A DNA stretch of 63,929 bases, filler included, from an uncultured Methanosarcinales archaeon (GTDB lineage: Archaea > Nanobdellota > Nanobdellia > Woesearchaeales > CAZKBD01), in NCBI GenBank assembly GCA_964550945.1. It is 5 parts of 5 records of this genome, joined end to end, with 100 filler letters (N's around TTAATTAATTAA, not from the genome) between each part and the next. Parts side by side here need not be neighbours in the genome. Positions count along the whole stretch, not along the records: positions 15,086 to 29,993 come from CAZKBD010000043.1; positions 30,094 to 44,933 come from CAZKBD010000044.1; 3 more parts are not named here. One strand, 5' to 3'. Both the position numbers and the translations under genes were made by a program. The notes under the pieces were generated by a model. It searched no databases, had not been told where the DNA came from, and was given only the letters and a program-made list of their open reading frames with translations. Position 1 is the stretch's first letter, and the number at the start of each line of letters is the position of its first letter. Positions 28,477 through 38,256 of the stretch are shown here, piece after piece.

Positions 28477-29667
28477 ATGTTCAAACTAATCTCACAAGAT
28501 AAAAAAGCCCGCCTTGGCATAATCAAAACCCCTCACGGCTCTTTTGAAACGCCTTATTTTATTCCGGTTGCTACAGCAGCCACAGTAAGAGCATTAGACC
28601 AACAAGACATGAAATGTCTAAAAGCAGGCGTTCTTTTAGCAAATACTTTTCATCTTCATCTAAGGCCAGGAGACGAATTGATAAAAAAACTTGGCGGCTT
28701 GCATAAATTCATGAGTTGGGAAAATCCAATTGTAACAGATTCTGGCGGCTTTCAGGCATTTAGCTTAGGGTTTGGGATGGAGCATGGTGTTGGTAAAATT
28801 GGAAATATCTTCACTAATCAAACACCCAACCAAAATCCCAAGCTCGCAAAAGTGGATAATTTTGGAGTTACCTTTAATTCGCAAATAGATGGAAAAATAA
28901 TAAGATTNNNNNNNNNNAGATTAACCCCAAAAACCTCCATTGAGATCCAGAACAATTTAGGAGCCGATATTATTTTCGCGTTTGATGAATGCACCTCTCC
29001 ATTATCTGGCTATGAATACACCAAAATTGCCCTAAAAAGAACGCATAGCTGGGCAGAAGAATGCATTAGATATCACAAAAACAAAAAACAGGCTTTATTT
29101 GGCATTGTACAAGGTGGAGCATATAATGATTTAAGGATTAAAAGCGCCAAATTCATTAATTCTTTAAGCTTTGATGGTTTTGGCATTGGCGGCTCGTTAG
29201 GAAACTCAAAAACCGACATGCACAAAATACTTGACTGGACCATCCCTTTGCTTGACAAAAACAAGCCAAGGCATCTTTTAGGGATAGGCGCTATAGAAGA
29301 CATATTCAATTCTGTTGAGAAAGGCATTGATACTTTTGACTGTGTTGCGCCAACAAGGTGGGCAAGAAGAGGCCATCTCTATATCTCACCAAAAGAAAAA
29401 GGGAGCCAAAAAAATAAATTCAGGATAAATATCGCAACAGCAAAATTCAAAGAAGACAAAAAACCAATAGACAAAAGCTGCAGCTGTTATGTCTGCAAAA
29501 ACTATTCAAGAGCCTATCTCAGGCACTTACACACAGCAAATGAGCTGACTTATTTTAGATTGGCAAGCTACCATAACCTTAATTTTATCCTAAGATTGAT
29601 GGAGCAGATCAGAACTTCAATTAAAGAGAATAGCTTTCAAAAATTAAAAAAGGAATGGTTGAGATGA
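28477..29667 (+). CDS. tgt: Bacterial-type tRNA-guanine(34) transglycosylase (10-N gap at 28908-28917)
   Basis: NTFHL, TDSGGFQ, FDEC, GIVQGG, FDCV, CSCYVC...H zinc site; no PUA extension. Confidence 0.92.
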   Translation: MFKLISQDKKARLGIIKTPHGSFETPYFIPVATAATVRALDQQDMKCLKAGVLLANTFHLHLRPGDELIKKLGGLHKFMSWENPIVTDSGGFQAFSLGFGMEHGVGKIGNIFTNQTPNQNPKLAKVDNFGVTFNSQIDGKIIRXXXXRLTPKTSIEIQNNLGADIIFAFDECTSPLSGYEYTKIALKRTHSWAEECIRYHKNKKQALFGIVQGGAYNDLRIKSAKFINSLSFDGFGIGGSLGNSKTDMHKILDWTIPLLDKNKPRHLLGIGAIEDIFNSVEKGIDTFDCVAPTRWARRGHLYISPKEKGSQKNKFRINIATAKFKEDKKPIDKSCSCYVCKNYSRAYLRHLHTANELTYFRLASYHNLNFILRLMEQIRTSIKENSFQKLKKEWLR

Positions 29668-29993
29668 TTTGTTATAACTAAACTTTCACAGTTTATTTAA
29701 ATAGGCGTATCTATTTATGCCTATATGGAATCAAACTATCTTTTTCTAAGAATAGGGGTGGAAAAAATAAAAAAAGGTGATGATTTTGTTTATAGAAGCC
29801 CCTATGTTTGTTATGATTTTCTGCTTAATGTTTAAGCAGGCTTTGACTAAACCGCAAAGAAAGCATTTTGGTTTATTTTTGACTCAGCGAATGGTCGGTT
29901 CACCAAAACACCAGACAATTTCAAAAATAAGAAATTTATTTCTTAATCCCGCCAAGAGTTCGTCATGGTCTGAAAGACCTGACGGTGAATTGG

Positions 29994-30093
29994 NNNNNNN
30001 NNNNNNNNNNNNNNNNNNNNNNNNNNNNNNNNNNNNNTTAATTAATTAANNNNNNNNNNNNNNNNNNNNNNNNNNNNNNNNNNNNNNNNNNNN
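29994..30093. other. Artificial contig linker
   Basis: N-run + TTAATTAATTAA + N-run. Confidence 0.97.
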
Positions 30094-30103
30094 AAGCAAG
30101 AAA

Positions 30104-31369
30104 ATGATCAAGATAATTAAATCAGAAGACAAAAAAGAACTGGAAAGAATAAAAAAAAGATCTTCAGCAGAATTTGAGCTAGTTTTGGATAGGGTGAAGC
30201 CCATAATAAGAGACGTCAAGCTAAAAGGCGATAACGCATTGTCTTATTATTCAAAAAAATATGATAATTTTAATCTGACAAAAAACAACATATCAATAAA
30301 AAAAGAAGAGATTGAAAGAGCTTATAAAAAAGTTGATAAAAAAGTGATAGAAGCGTTTAAGCAAGCAAAAAAGAATATTGAGAGGTATTGCGAGCTTCAA
30401 AAGCCAAAAGAATGGTTTAAAGAGGTTGAAAAAGGCGTTACATTAGGCCAGCTAGTAAGGCCATTAGAAAAAGTAGGCTGTTATATCCCAGCAGGAGCCT
30501 ATCCTCTTCCGAGCTCTGTTTTAATGACTGTTGTTATTGCAAAAATAGCAGGTGTTCCTGAAGTGGTTATATGCTCTCCTCCCCGAGAAAAGAATTTCGA
30601 GATTATAGTAGCTGCAGATATTGCTGGTGCTGATCAAATCTTCAGGCTTGGAGGGGCTCAGGCAATTGCAGCAATGGCTTATGGGACTGAAACTGTTCCA
30701 AAAGTGGATAAGATAGTGGGGCCAGGAAACATATTTGTGACAGCAGCCAAAAAATTAGTCTATGGTGATGTGGGCATTGATTTTTTGGCAGGCCCAAGCG
30801 AGATAATGATTATCGCAGAGAAAGGCGATCCAGAAAACATCGCAGCAGACATGCTGGCTCAGGCAGAGCACGATAGATTAGCTTCAGCTATCCTGTTAAC
30901 CTCAAATAAAGAGCTGGCAGAAGAAGTTAAAGAAGAGATAAGCGAGCAGCTTAAAGAATTGAGCAATATCACAGCGCAAGAATCAATAAGGAAATTCAGC
31001 GCAATTGTCCTTACTAAAAATATGGATGAATCTTTTGATATTGCAAATGATTTTGCTCCAGAGCACTTAGAAATAATAAGTGAAGACAGAAACTTGCTAA
31101 AAAAAGTGAAAAATGCAGGAGCTGTATTTTTAGGCGAATACAGCTGTGAAGCAGCAGGAGATTATTGTGCAGGCCCAAGCCATGTGCTCCCAACAGGAGG
31201 GAATGCAAAAATAAGGTCAGGTTTATCAATTTACGATTTCATTAAAATGCCCTCTTTCCAGTCTATTACAAGAGAAGGATTAAAAAAACTGAAAGATACA
31301 ATCACAACAATTGCTGATGTTGAAGGGCTTACAGCCCATAAAAAAAGCGTTGAAAAAAGGTTCAAATGA
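30104..31369 (+). CDS. hisD: Histidinol dehydrogenase
   Basis: GGAQAIAAMAYG, KIVGPGN, AGPSE, QAEH, APEHL, GPSHVLPT. Confidence 0.97.
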   Translation: MIKIIKSEDKKELERIKKRSSAEFELVLDRVKPIIRDVKLKGDNALSYYSKKYDNFNLTKNNISIKKEEIERAYKKVDKKVIEAFKQAKKNIERYCELQKPKEWFKEVEKGVTLGQLVRPLEKVGCYIPAGAYPLPSSVLMTVVIAKIAGVPEVVICSPPREKNFEIIVAADIAGADQIFRLGGAQAIAAMAYGTETVPKVDKIVGPGNIFVTAAKKLVYGDVGIDFLAGPSEIMIIAEKGDPENIAADMLAQAEHDRLASAILLTSNKELAEEVKEEISEQLKELSNITAQESIRKFSAIVLTKNMDESFDIANDFAPEHLEIISEDRNLLKKVKNAGAVFLGEYSCEAAGDYCAGPSHVLPTGGNAKIRSGLSIYDFIKMPSFQSITREGLKKLKDTITTIADVEGLTAHKKSVEKRFK

Positions 31370-32412
31370 TCAATCCAAAAAAATCAATAATAGAAATGAA
31401 GCCTTACAACCCTCCTCTTGAAAACAGAAGGGGAAAATTAAGGCTTGACTTTAATGAGAACACGATAGGCTGCTCTCCAAAGGTTATTGAAGCGATAAAA
31501 AACATAAAGCCAGAGGACATTGCAAGCTATCCCGAGTATTCTCCATTTATCAAGAGGTTAGCAGCTAATCTTAAAGTTAGCGAAGATAATCTGATGATAA
31601 CAAATGCAGGCGATGAAGCGATAATGGTTTTGATGCAGGCTTTTGTAGATAAAGGAGATGAAGTAATAATTCCAGTCCCAACATTCACAATGTTCAAATG
31701 TTATGCGCAGATTGCAGGCGCAAAGATAACTGAAGCATTATACAATCCAGACCTATCATTCCCGACAGAAGCAATTACAAAAAAGATAACCAGCAAAACC
31801 AAAATTGTGATTTTAGTGACGCCAAACAATCCAACAGGAACGTCAATTAAAAAAGAGGATATAATAAAGATAATTGAGAAAGCAAAAGACTCTATTGTGT
31901 TAATTGATGAAGCATATTATCAGTTCTCTGGGATAAGTTTCTTAGGCCTTATCAAAAAATATGATAACCTGATCATTTTAAGGACATTTTCAAAAGCATT
32001 TGGGATGGCTGGATTGCGCTTAGGCTGCTTATTCTCAAATAAAGAGATTATAAAGACACTAAAGAAAGTGAGAAGCCCGTACAGCATTAACACAGCAGCT
32101 GTAATTGCTGCAAATGCTGCCCTAGATGATAAAAAATTTGTTGATAGTTATGTTGCAGAAGTCCTGGAAGCGAAGGATATCTTATGCAGCAAGCTAAGCC
32201 AGTTAAAGATCCGCTATGTAAAAGGCGATGCTAACTTTGTTCTGGCTTATTTTGGCGATGATTGCAAAAAAGTGGTTGAAAAACTAAGGAAAAAGGATAT
32301 TTTAGTCAGGGACAGAAGCAGCGATCCATTGCTTGATGGTTTTGTCAGGATAACAATCGGCACAAAAGAGCAGATGAATTTAGCTGCTGCTGCCTTGGAA
32401 GCGATAAGATGA
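31366..32412 (+). CDS. hisC: Histidinol-phosphate aminotransferase
   Basis: LDFNEN, PNNPTG, DEAY, RTFSKAFGMAGLRLG. Confidence 0.95.
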   Translation: MINPKKSIIEMKPYNPPLENRRGKLRLDFNENTIGCSPKVIEAIKNIKPEDIASYPEYSPFIKRLAANLKVSEDNLMITNAGDEAIMVLMQAFVDKGDEVIIPVPTFTMFKCYAQIAGAKITEALYNPDLSFPTEAITKKITSKTKIVILVTPNNPTGTSIKKEDIIKIIEKAKDSIVLIDEAYYQFSGISFLGLIKKYDNLIILRTFSKAFGMAGLRLGCLFSNKEIIKTLKKVRSPYSINTAAVIAANAALDDKKFVDSYVAEVLEAKDILCSKLSQLKIRYVKGDANFVLAYFGDDCKKVVEKLRKKDILVRDRSSDPLLDGFVRITIGTKEQMNLAAAALEAIR

Positions 32413-32555
32413 GCGACTTATTACTACTCATCCTGTCAATTATTGGCTTAATGGCGCTTTACTGGGTTTTGTTTGGGCAATGGAGATACAATAAAATGAT
32501 GTCTCAGGAATCAGGCCAGAAGATGGATAATGGACTGAAAGGAAATGAAAAATAG
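32409..32555 (+). CDS. Small single-TM protein (48 aa, not in ORF track)
   Basis: ATGA overlap with hisC stop; hydrophobic N-terminus. Confidence 0.5.
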   Translation: MSDLLLLILSIIGLMALYWVLFGQWRYNKMMSQESGQKMDNGLKGNEK

Positions 32556-32748
32556 AATATTAATCTGCCCAAAATGCGGCAGCATAGACATTAAATCGCA
32601 CCCAGACCATCTATCGGCCGTTATTGGAGTTACTCCAATCGAAAGCCAATGCAAGAATTGCGGATTTTTGAGCAAGATTTTTCCAGAGATTGGCATTAAA
32701 GGCATTCAAGGATTCAGAAATCAGATAAAAAAGAAAACAAGAAGATGA
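32545..32748 (+). CDS. Small zinc-ribbon protein
   Basis: CPKCGS...CKNCGF. Confidence 0.7.
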   Translation: MKNRILICPKCGSIDIKSHPDHLSAVIGVTPIESQCKNCGFLSKIFPEIGIKGIQGFRNQIKKKTRR

Positions 32749-33401
32749 AAGCATTAATCTTTGACATGGATGGGGTGTTAGTAGATGTAAGCCAGTCATA
32801 CAGAATAGCAATCAAAAAGACAGCAGAGTATTTTACCGGAGAGGAGATAACAAAAGAGGATATACAAAAACTTAAGAACAAAGGCGGCTTTAATGATGAT
32901 GTTGATCTGACTGAAGCATTGATCTCGATCAGAGGCAAAATGCCAGATGGAAAAAGAGTACTAAAAAAATTTGATGAGATTTACAGCACGTTGAAAGAAA
33001 AAGAGCTCTGGCTGCTTAAGCCCGAGATTTTAAGGAAGCTATATTTAAAATACAAACTGGGGATAGTGACAGGCAGGCCGAAAAAAGACGCAGATTACAC
33101 CTTAAAAAAAGAGAATGTAAGCAAATTTTTTGAGGTTGCGATAACCATGGAAGACGTTCCAAAAAACAAGAGAAAGCCTGACGCATATGGCCTGAAACTA
33201 GCGATAATGAGGTTAGGCGCTACAGAGGTATTTTATTTTGGAGACAACATTGATGACATGAAGATGGCTGTTAGTGGAGGAGCCACACCAATAGGTGTTT
33301 TGCCTCCTGGAATAAACGGAAAATTAAAAAGCCTGCTGATAGAGAATGGAGCTAAGGAAGTGCTTGATGATATCAACAATTTATTAACAGTTATTAAGTA
33401 A
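32745..33401 (+). CDS. HAD hydrolase, probable histidinol-phosphatase
   Basis: FDMDGVLVDVSQSY, GGFNDD, GDNIDD; position in his cluster. Confidence 0.8.
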   Translation: MKALIFDMDGVLVDVSQSYRIAIKKTAEYFTGEEITKEDIQKLKNKGGFNDDVDLTEALISIRGKMPDGKRVLKKFDEIYSTLKEKELWLLKPEILRKLYLKYKLGIVTGRPKKDADYTLKKENVSKFFEVAITMEDVPKNKRKPDAYGLKLAIMRLGATEVFYFGDNIDDMKMAVSGGATPIGVLPPGINGKLKSLLIENGAKEVLDDINNLLTVIK

Positions 33402-33425
33402 TAATAAAAAAATAATTAATAAAAA

Positions 33426-34013
33426 ATGCGGAAATCAATCGTTGAAAGAAAAACAGCAGAAACTGAGATTTTGATAGATTTGGATATAGACGGCAAAGGT
33501 AAATCAAAGATAGATACAAAAATAAATTTCCTAAACCACATGCTTGAGCTGTTTTCTAAATTCGGGCTTTTTGATTTGATGATCAAAGCTAGAGGCGATT
33601 TAGATATAGACCAGCACCACACGACAGAGGATATTGGAATTGTCCTAGGCCAGGCTTTTGAAAAAGCGCTGGGCAACAAAAAAGGGATTAACCGCTCTGG
33701 GTATTTTGTTATGCCTATGGATGAAGCGCTTGCAATTATCGCAGTTGACATAGGTGGAAGGCCATTCCTAAGTTATGAAGCGGAATTCTCAAAAGAGAAG
33801 ATTGGCGACCTTGATGCAGAATTGCTGCAGGATTTTTTCCAGGCTTTCACAGCCAATCTTAAATGCAATCTTCATGTAAAAGTGCCTTCTGGAAGAAGTG
33901 ATCATCACAAAGCAGAAGCCATCTTTAAGGGATTTGGCAAAGCGATGAAGATGGCATGCTCAAAAGACCCAAGGGCAATTGAAGATATACCAAGCACAAA
34001 AGGGATGGTATGA
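33426..34013 (+). CDS. hisB: Imidazoleglycerol-phosphate dehydratase
   Basis: RKTAET, HHTTED, PMDEA, HHKAEA.FK, PSTKG. Confidence 0.96.
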   Translation: MRKSIVERKTAETEILIDLDIDGKGKSKIDTKINFLNHMLELFSKFGLFDLMIKARGDLDIDQHHTTEDIGIVLGQAFEKALGNKKGINRSGYFVMPMDEALAIIAVDIGGRPFLSYEAEFSKEKIGDLDAELLQDFFQAFTANLKCNLHVKVPSGRSDHHKAEAIFKGFGKAMKMACSKDPRAIEDIPSTKGMV

Positions 34014-34624
34014 TAGCAATAATTGACTACGGTGCAGGCAATCTGCAAAGCGTAAAGAATGCTTTAGATTTTATTAGGGTAGAGAATAAGATAACCAATA
34101 AAGCAGGCGATATAGAAAAAGCAGACAAGATTATTTTGCCTGGTGTAGGCTCATTTGGCAACATTATAAGCTATCTGGAGAAGAATAACCTTATTGATCC
34201 TATCAAAGATAGCATCCTAGCTGGAAAGCCCTATCTTGGCATCTGCCTTGGCTTGCAGATACTTTTTGAAAAAAGCGAAGAAGATAGAAAAGCTAAAGGA
34301 TTAGGCATTTTCAAAGGAAATGTAGTCAAATTCAAGAGTAAAAATCTAAAAATTCCTCAGATTGGATGGAATTCAATTAAGATAAATAAAGATAATAAGA
34401 ATGGATTATCGCTAAAAGACGGCTCTTATTTCTATTTTGTGCATTCTTACTATGTTAAACCGAAAGATGGAATCATAGTTTTGGCAGAAACCGATTACGG
34501 CATTAAATTTGTCAGCGCAATCGCTAAAGGCAATGTGTTTGGAGTTCAATTCCATCCAGAAAGAAGCGGCTCAGTCGGGCTTAAGGTATTGGAGAATTTC
34601 TGTAAGATCCACCGAAAGGTTTAA
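34010..34624 (+). CDS. hisH: Imidazole glycerol phosphate synthase glutaminase subunit
   Basis: DYGAGN, PGVG, GICLGLQ, YFVHSY, QFHPE. Confidence 0.96.
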   Translation: MIAIIDYGAGNLQSVKNALDFIRVENKITNKAGDIEKADKIILPGVGSFGNIISYLEKNNLIDPIKDSILAGKPYLGICLGLQILFEKSEEDRKAKGLGIFKGNVVKFKSKNLKIPQIGWNSIKINKDNKNGLSLKDGSYFYFVHSYYVKPKDGIIVLAETDYGIKFVSAIAKGNVFGVQFHPERSGSVGLKVLENFCKIHRKV

Positions 34625-34634
34625 ATATATCACT

Positions 34635-34652
34635 TAACTAGTATACTAGTTA
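34635..34652. promoter_or_regulatory. Perfect 18-bp palindrome, probable operator
   Basis: TAACTAGTATACTAGTTA between TTTAAATA box and ATG 34654. Confidence 0.65.
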
Positions 34653-34653
34653 T

Positions 34654-35496
34654 ATGAACAAAACAGCGCTAATGAAAGAGCTTGAGCCTATTTTAAGCGA
34701 TAAAGAGATTGAGGTAGTGTTAAAAAGACTGGATAACAAGCATATAAGCCAGACAGAAAGCAATTATTTAGCTAGATCAATAAGGCCCAAGCTGAGGTCA
34801 GCTGAATTTGCTGCCTCTATAGAGCTGCTTTCGCTGCTAGACTACAGAAGAAAAAAATATGAAAGAGAAGACAGCTTATTAAAAGAGAAGATATTAGCTG
34901 CTGTTCAAGATTATATCAGGAATGTAAAAGCCATAATTTTATTCGGCTCATACATAAGGAACAGGCACACTAATTACAGAGACATAGACGTGATGGTTGT
35001 CCTGAACAAGAAATCATGGAAAAGCTCATCTGAAAAAAATAAGCTTGAGAAAATGGTTCAGAAGGCCATAGACGTCAAAACAGACATAAAATTGATTTCC
35101 TATAATGAGCTGATAAGCCTCATGCCCTACAGCCCATTGTTGCAGACCGAACTTGAAGAGCATAAAGTCATTTATGGGAGTATACAAATAAAGGCGGATA
35201 TAACCCCAAAAAAAGAATACCTTCACAAAAAATTATTAGAAGCTGAATACGCTATAGAGCTGGGAAAGAAAATTAAGCCAAGGTATATATACAACGCAAT
35301 AAGAAACTGTCTTGCTATAAAATTATACATAGATAAGACAGTGGACAATAAGCTGATAATAACCACGATCGAGAATAACATTGGCAAGCTAACAGCTGAA
35401 AGCCTATTGGATAACCAGGCTAATCCTGTCCAGAGGGACATTGCTTTAAGATACTTGGACTACCTATATAATAAACTAAGTGGGGTTTTGGCATAG
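34654..35496 (+). CDS. Nucleotidyltransferase-domain protein with N- and C-terminal extensions
   Basis: ILFGSYIR...DIDVMV motif. Confidence 0.75.
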   Translation: MNKTALMKELEPILSDKEIEVVLKRLDNKHISQTESNYLARSIRPKLRSAEFAASIELLSLLDYRRKKYEREDSLLKEKILAAVQDYIRNVKAIILFGSYIRNRHTNYRDIDVMVVLNKKSWKSSSEKNKLEKMVQKAIDVKTDIKLISYNELISLMPYSPLLQTELEEHKVIYGSIQIKADITPKKEYLHKKLLEAEYAIELGKKIKPRYIYNAIRNCLAIKLYIDKTVDNKLIITTIENNIGKLTAESLLDNQANPVQRDIALRYLDYLYNKLSGVLA

Positions 35497-35813
35497 TGAG
35501 CAAAAAGGAACAGCTTGAAAATTTGGCTACATTCATTGGCCTAAGGGCTGCGCATGAGATATTAATCAGATTAACTAATAAGCCAGAGTCAATTCCTCAC
35601 CTAAAGCAGGAAGTGGACACATACAATGATTTGATTTTTGACTTAGCAGAGGGAAACTGGAATAATGAAGATATTAAGAAAATCGAAGAATCTGCAAAGA
35701 AAAAGTGCAATAAGAAACTTGATACATATATAGATATTGGCAATGAAAAATTCAGCCTAGCTGAGAAGGTTATAGCAGATATCATGATCGATTTAGAGCT
35801 TGAAAATGCTTAA
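35496..35813 (+). CDS. Hypothetical partner protein of the nucleotidyltransferase
   Basis: 1-bp overlap with upstream gene. Confidence 0.65.
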   Translation: MSKKEQLENLATFIGLRAAHEILIRLTNKPESIPHLKQEVDTYNDLIFDLAEGNWNNEDIKKIEESAKKKCNKKLDTYIDIGNEKFSLAEKVIADIMIDLELENA

Positions 35814-36405
35814 GGCAATTATCTTTGACATGGACGGCGTTTTGTTTGAAAGCCATGACGCCTGGGTGAAGGTATTTAACAAATCAAGAGAGCATTTTGG
35901 GCTTAAGCCAATATCTGTAGAGGAGTTTGACAAAAACTGCTGGTCTGTTGATTCAAGCATCGTTGTTCCTAGATATTTTCAGGGAAAGTCAACAAAAGAT
36001 GTTACATCATATTATGACAAGATCTTTTTGGAGTTCATTGATGATGTAATCCTGACAAAAAAGGCTAAGGAAACATTAGAGGGGCTAAAAAAGCGCAAGA
36101 TTAGATTGGCAATTGCTACTAACACCTATCACAAGCAGGCAGAGCGGATTTTAAAAGTGATGGGCTTGCGTAAATATTTTGAGGTTATTGTAGGCGCAGA
36201 TGATGTCAGGATAGGAAAGCCTGAGCCAGACATCATATACAAAGCAGTAAAAGAGCTCGGCTTAAAAATAAGTGAAATTGTTTTTATTGGAGACAATAAG
36301 ATAGATATGCAGACATGCGAAAATGCAAGATGCAGCACAATAGGGTATAAGATTGATGGGCACAAAAGAATAGATAATTTTGAAGACTTGTTGAAGGTAG
36401 TCTAA
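35800..36405 (+). CDS. HAD hydrolase (phosphoglycolate phosphatase-like)
   Basis: FDMDGVL, KPEP, IGD. Confidence 0.88.
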   Translation: MKMLKAIIFDMDGVLFESHDAWVKVFNKSREHFGLKPISVEEFDKNCWSVDSSIVVPRYFQGKSTKDVTSYYDKIFLEFIDDVILTKKAKETLEGLKKRKIRLAIATNTYHKQAERILKVMGLRKYFEVIVGADDVRIGKPEPDIIYKAVKELGLKISEIVFIGDNKIDMQTCENARCSTIGYKIDGHKRIDNFEDLLKVV

Positions 36406-37170
36406 ATGCTGGCAAAAAGGATAATTCCATGTATGGACATTGACAAAGGAAGGGTAGTCAAAGGAATAAACTTTGTAGGAATAAGGGATGCAGGGAATCC
36501 AATTGAGCTGGCAAGGGAGTACAACAGGCAAGGCGCTGACGAGCTTGTTTTTTTAGATATAACTGCAAGTCATGAAAAAAGAAAAACAGTGGTTGATCTG
36601 GTAAAAAAGGTTGCTAAAGAGATATTCATCCCATTCACAGTTGGTGGAGGAATATCAACAGTAGATGATGTAAGGGCAATACTAAATGCAGGAGCAGACA
36701 AGATAAGCATAAACACTGCTGCTGTGAAAAACTCAAGTTTTATTAAGGAATCTAGCCAGAAATTTGGCTCTCAATGCATTGTTCTAGCAATAGATGCTAG
36801 AAGAAATGAAAAGATGAAGAGTGGATATGAAGTTGTTATATATGGTGGAAGAGAAGGAACAGATAAAGATGCGGTTGAATGGGCAAAGCAAGGAGAAAGA
36901 TTAGGCGCAGGCGAGATATTGCTGACATCTATGGAAAGAGACGGCACAAAGCTTGGCTTTGACCTGCCAATAACAAGAAAAATAAGCGAAGCTGTAAACA
37001 TCCCAGTAATAGCCTCTGGCGGTGTTGGCGAGCTAAACCATTTTGTAGAAGCCTTTAAAGAAGGAAAAGCAGACGCTGCATTAGCCGCTTCTATATTCCA
37101 TTACGGCGAATATACTGTAAAGGATATCAAGGATTTCTGCAAAAAGAAGGGGATTGTAGTCAGAGAATAA
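36406..37170 (+). CDS. hisF: Imidazole glycerol phosphate synthase cyclase subunit
   Basis: [40 protein letters not shown]. Confidence 0.97.
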   Translation: MLAKRIIPCMDIDKGRVVKGINFVGIRDAGNPIELAREYNRQGADELVFLDITASHEKRKTVVDLVKKVAKEIFIPFTVGGGISTVDDVRAILNAGADKISINTAAVKNSSFIKESSQKFGSQCIVLAIDARRNEKMKSGYEVVIYGGREGTDKDAVEWAKQGERLGAGEILLTSMERDGTKLGFDLPITRKISEAVNIPVIASGGVGELNHFVEAFKEGKADAALAASIFHYGEYTVKDIKDFCKKKGIVVRE

Positions 37171-37234
37171 ATTGCCACTTTTTAGTGGTTAAAATAGAAA
37201 GATTTATAAAGAATAAAAATAATTATTTCTGATA

Positions 37235-38230
37235 ATGGACACTAGAACTAGAAGATTATTTCTTGGATTAGAAGAGTTGGTCTCTGTAGGCAGTATTGCA
37301 CTAGCTGGCATTCTTCCTCCAGAGTATGAAGCAAAGCCAGTTCCAAAACATCTTACTATTAGCAGGAGAAGTTTTCTAGGAGCTGCAACAGGAGCTTCAG
37401 CAGCAGCTTATGCAACATTATATCAACCATTTGTAGCAGCTGAGACTTCATTTGATCAAAAAGACTTAGAAGAAGCTGTAGGACAGAATGTAAGGTTGAA
37501 ATCAGTTGAGCCAATATATATTGGCCCAAGATATGATGGAAAGCCAACAAAACCAGCTTATATGTGTGAATTGGCTCATAATGTGAAGAGGAAGACACTT
37601 TCACTCAGCGAGGTGATTACTAATCATGCTATTTACTTTATTAGAAATGGTATGATAAGGAGATTAGAGAGTGTAGCAGAGGTGTTAGCAAACAGGAACA
37701 ATCCAAGATTAAATAAGGATCCAGAGATTCTGCTTGTACTAAGGGAGTATGAAGGCAAGCCATTTTCAAAAGAAGATTTTGTAAGTTATAATTTCAATCT
37801 AGAGAACAAAGACGCCTTAATTTGGACGTTAATTGAGCACGTGAAGCAACATGACTATGACCTATCCTCAGGTAAGATGGACGGAGGTTTTGGCTGCGGT
37901 TGGGGTCCTCGCTATTATCAAATGAAGCAAGAAACAGGATTCCCAATAAACTCCACTGTTTTAGCAGAAGAAAGGGGATTGATTGCTGGATTGTTGCGCT
38001 GCAAAAAAGAATATTATTGGTTATCAGAAGTATTTGCGCTCCAAAAGCTTCCTAAAAAAGAATACCACCTGAGAACCGCAGGCACAGTATTGATACAATT
38101 ATTTGACAGAAGAATGCAGGAGATTGGAATACCAGCTAATCAATATACTAGCCTGTCAAGGCAGCAGATAACTGATGTTGCAGTGGGTTTTGCGCAAAAA
38201 TATTTTCCTGATTTGGTCGAGAATAAGTAA
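37235..38230 (+). CDS. Hypothetical protein with twin-arginine-like motif
   Basis: 331-aa ORF; SRRSFLG followed by Ala-rich hydrophobic stretch. Confidence 0.65.
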   Translation: MDTRTRRLFLGLEELVSVGSIALAGILPPEYEAKPVPKHLTISRRSFLGAATGASAAAYATLYQPFVAAETSFDQKDLEEAVGQNVRLKSVEPIYIGPRYDGKPTKPAYMCELAHNVKRKTLSLSEVITNHAIYFIRNGMIRRLESVAEVLANRNNPRLNKDPEILLVLREYEGKPFSKEDFVSYNFNLENKDALIWTLIEHVKQHDYDLSSGKMDGGFGCGWGPRYYQMKQETGFPINSTVLAEERGLIAGLLRCKKEYYWLSEVFALQKLPKKEYHLRTAGTVLIQLFDRRMQEIGIPANQYTSLSRQQITDVAVGFAQKYFPDLVENK

Positions 38231-38256
38231 GAATCACTCCTGTAACTTATGTTCTG

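Noticed and set aside
28908..28917. Insertion or frameshift in tgt
   Set aside because: AGATT occurs on both sides of the Ns; merging gives KIIRLTPK in frame, so it is a scaffolding artefact.
29777..30049. 90-aa ORF
   Set aside because: Runs into the linker Ns and has no recognisable protein features.
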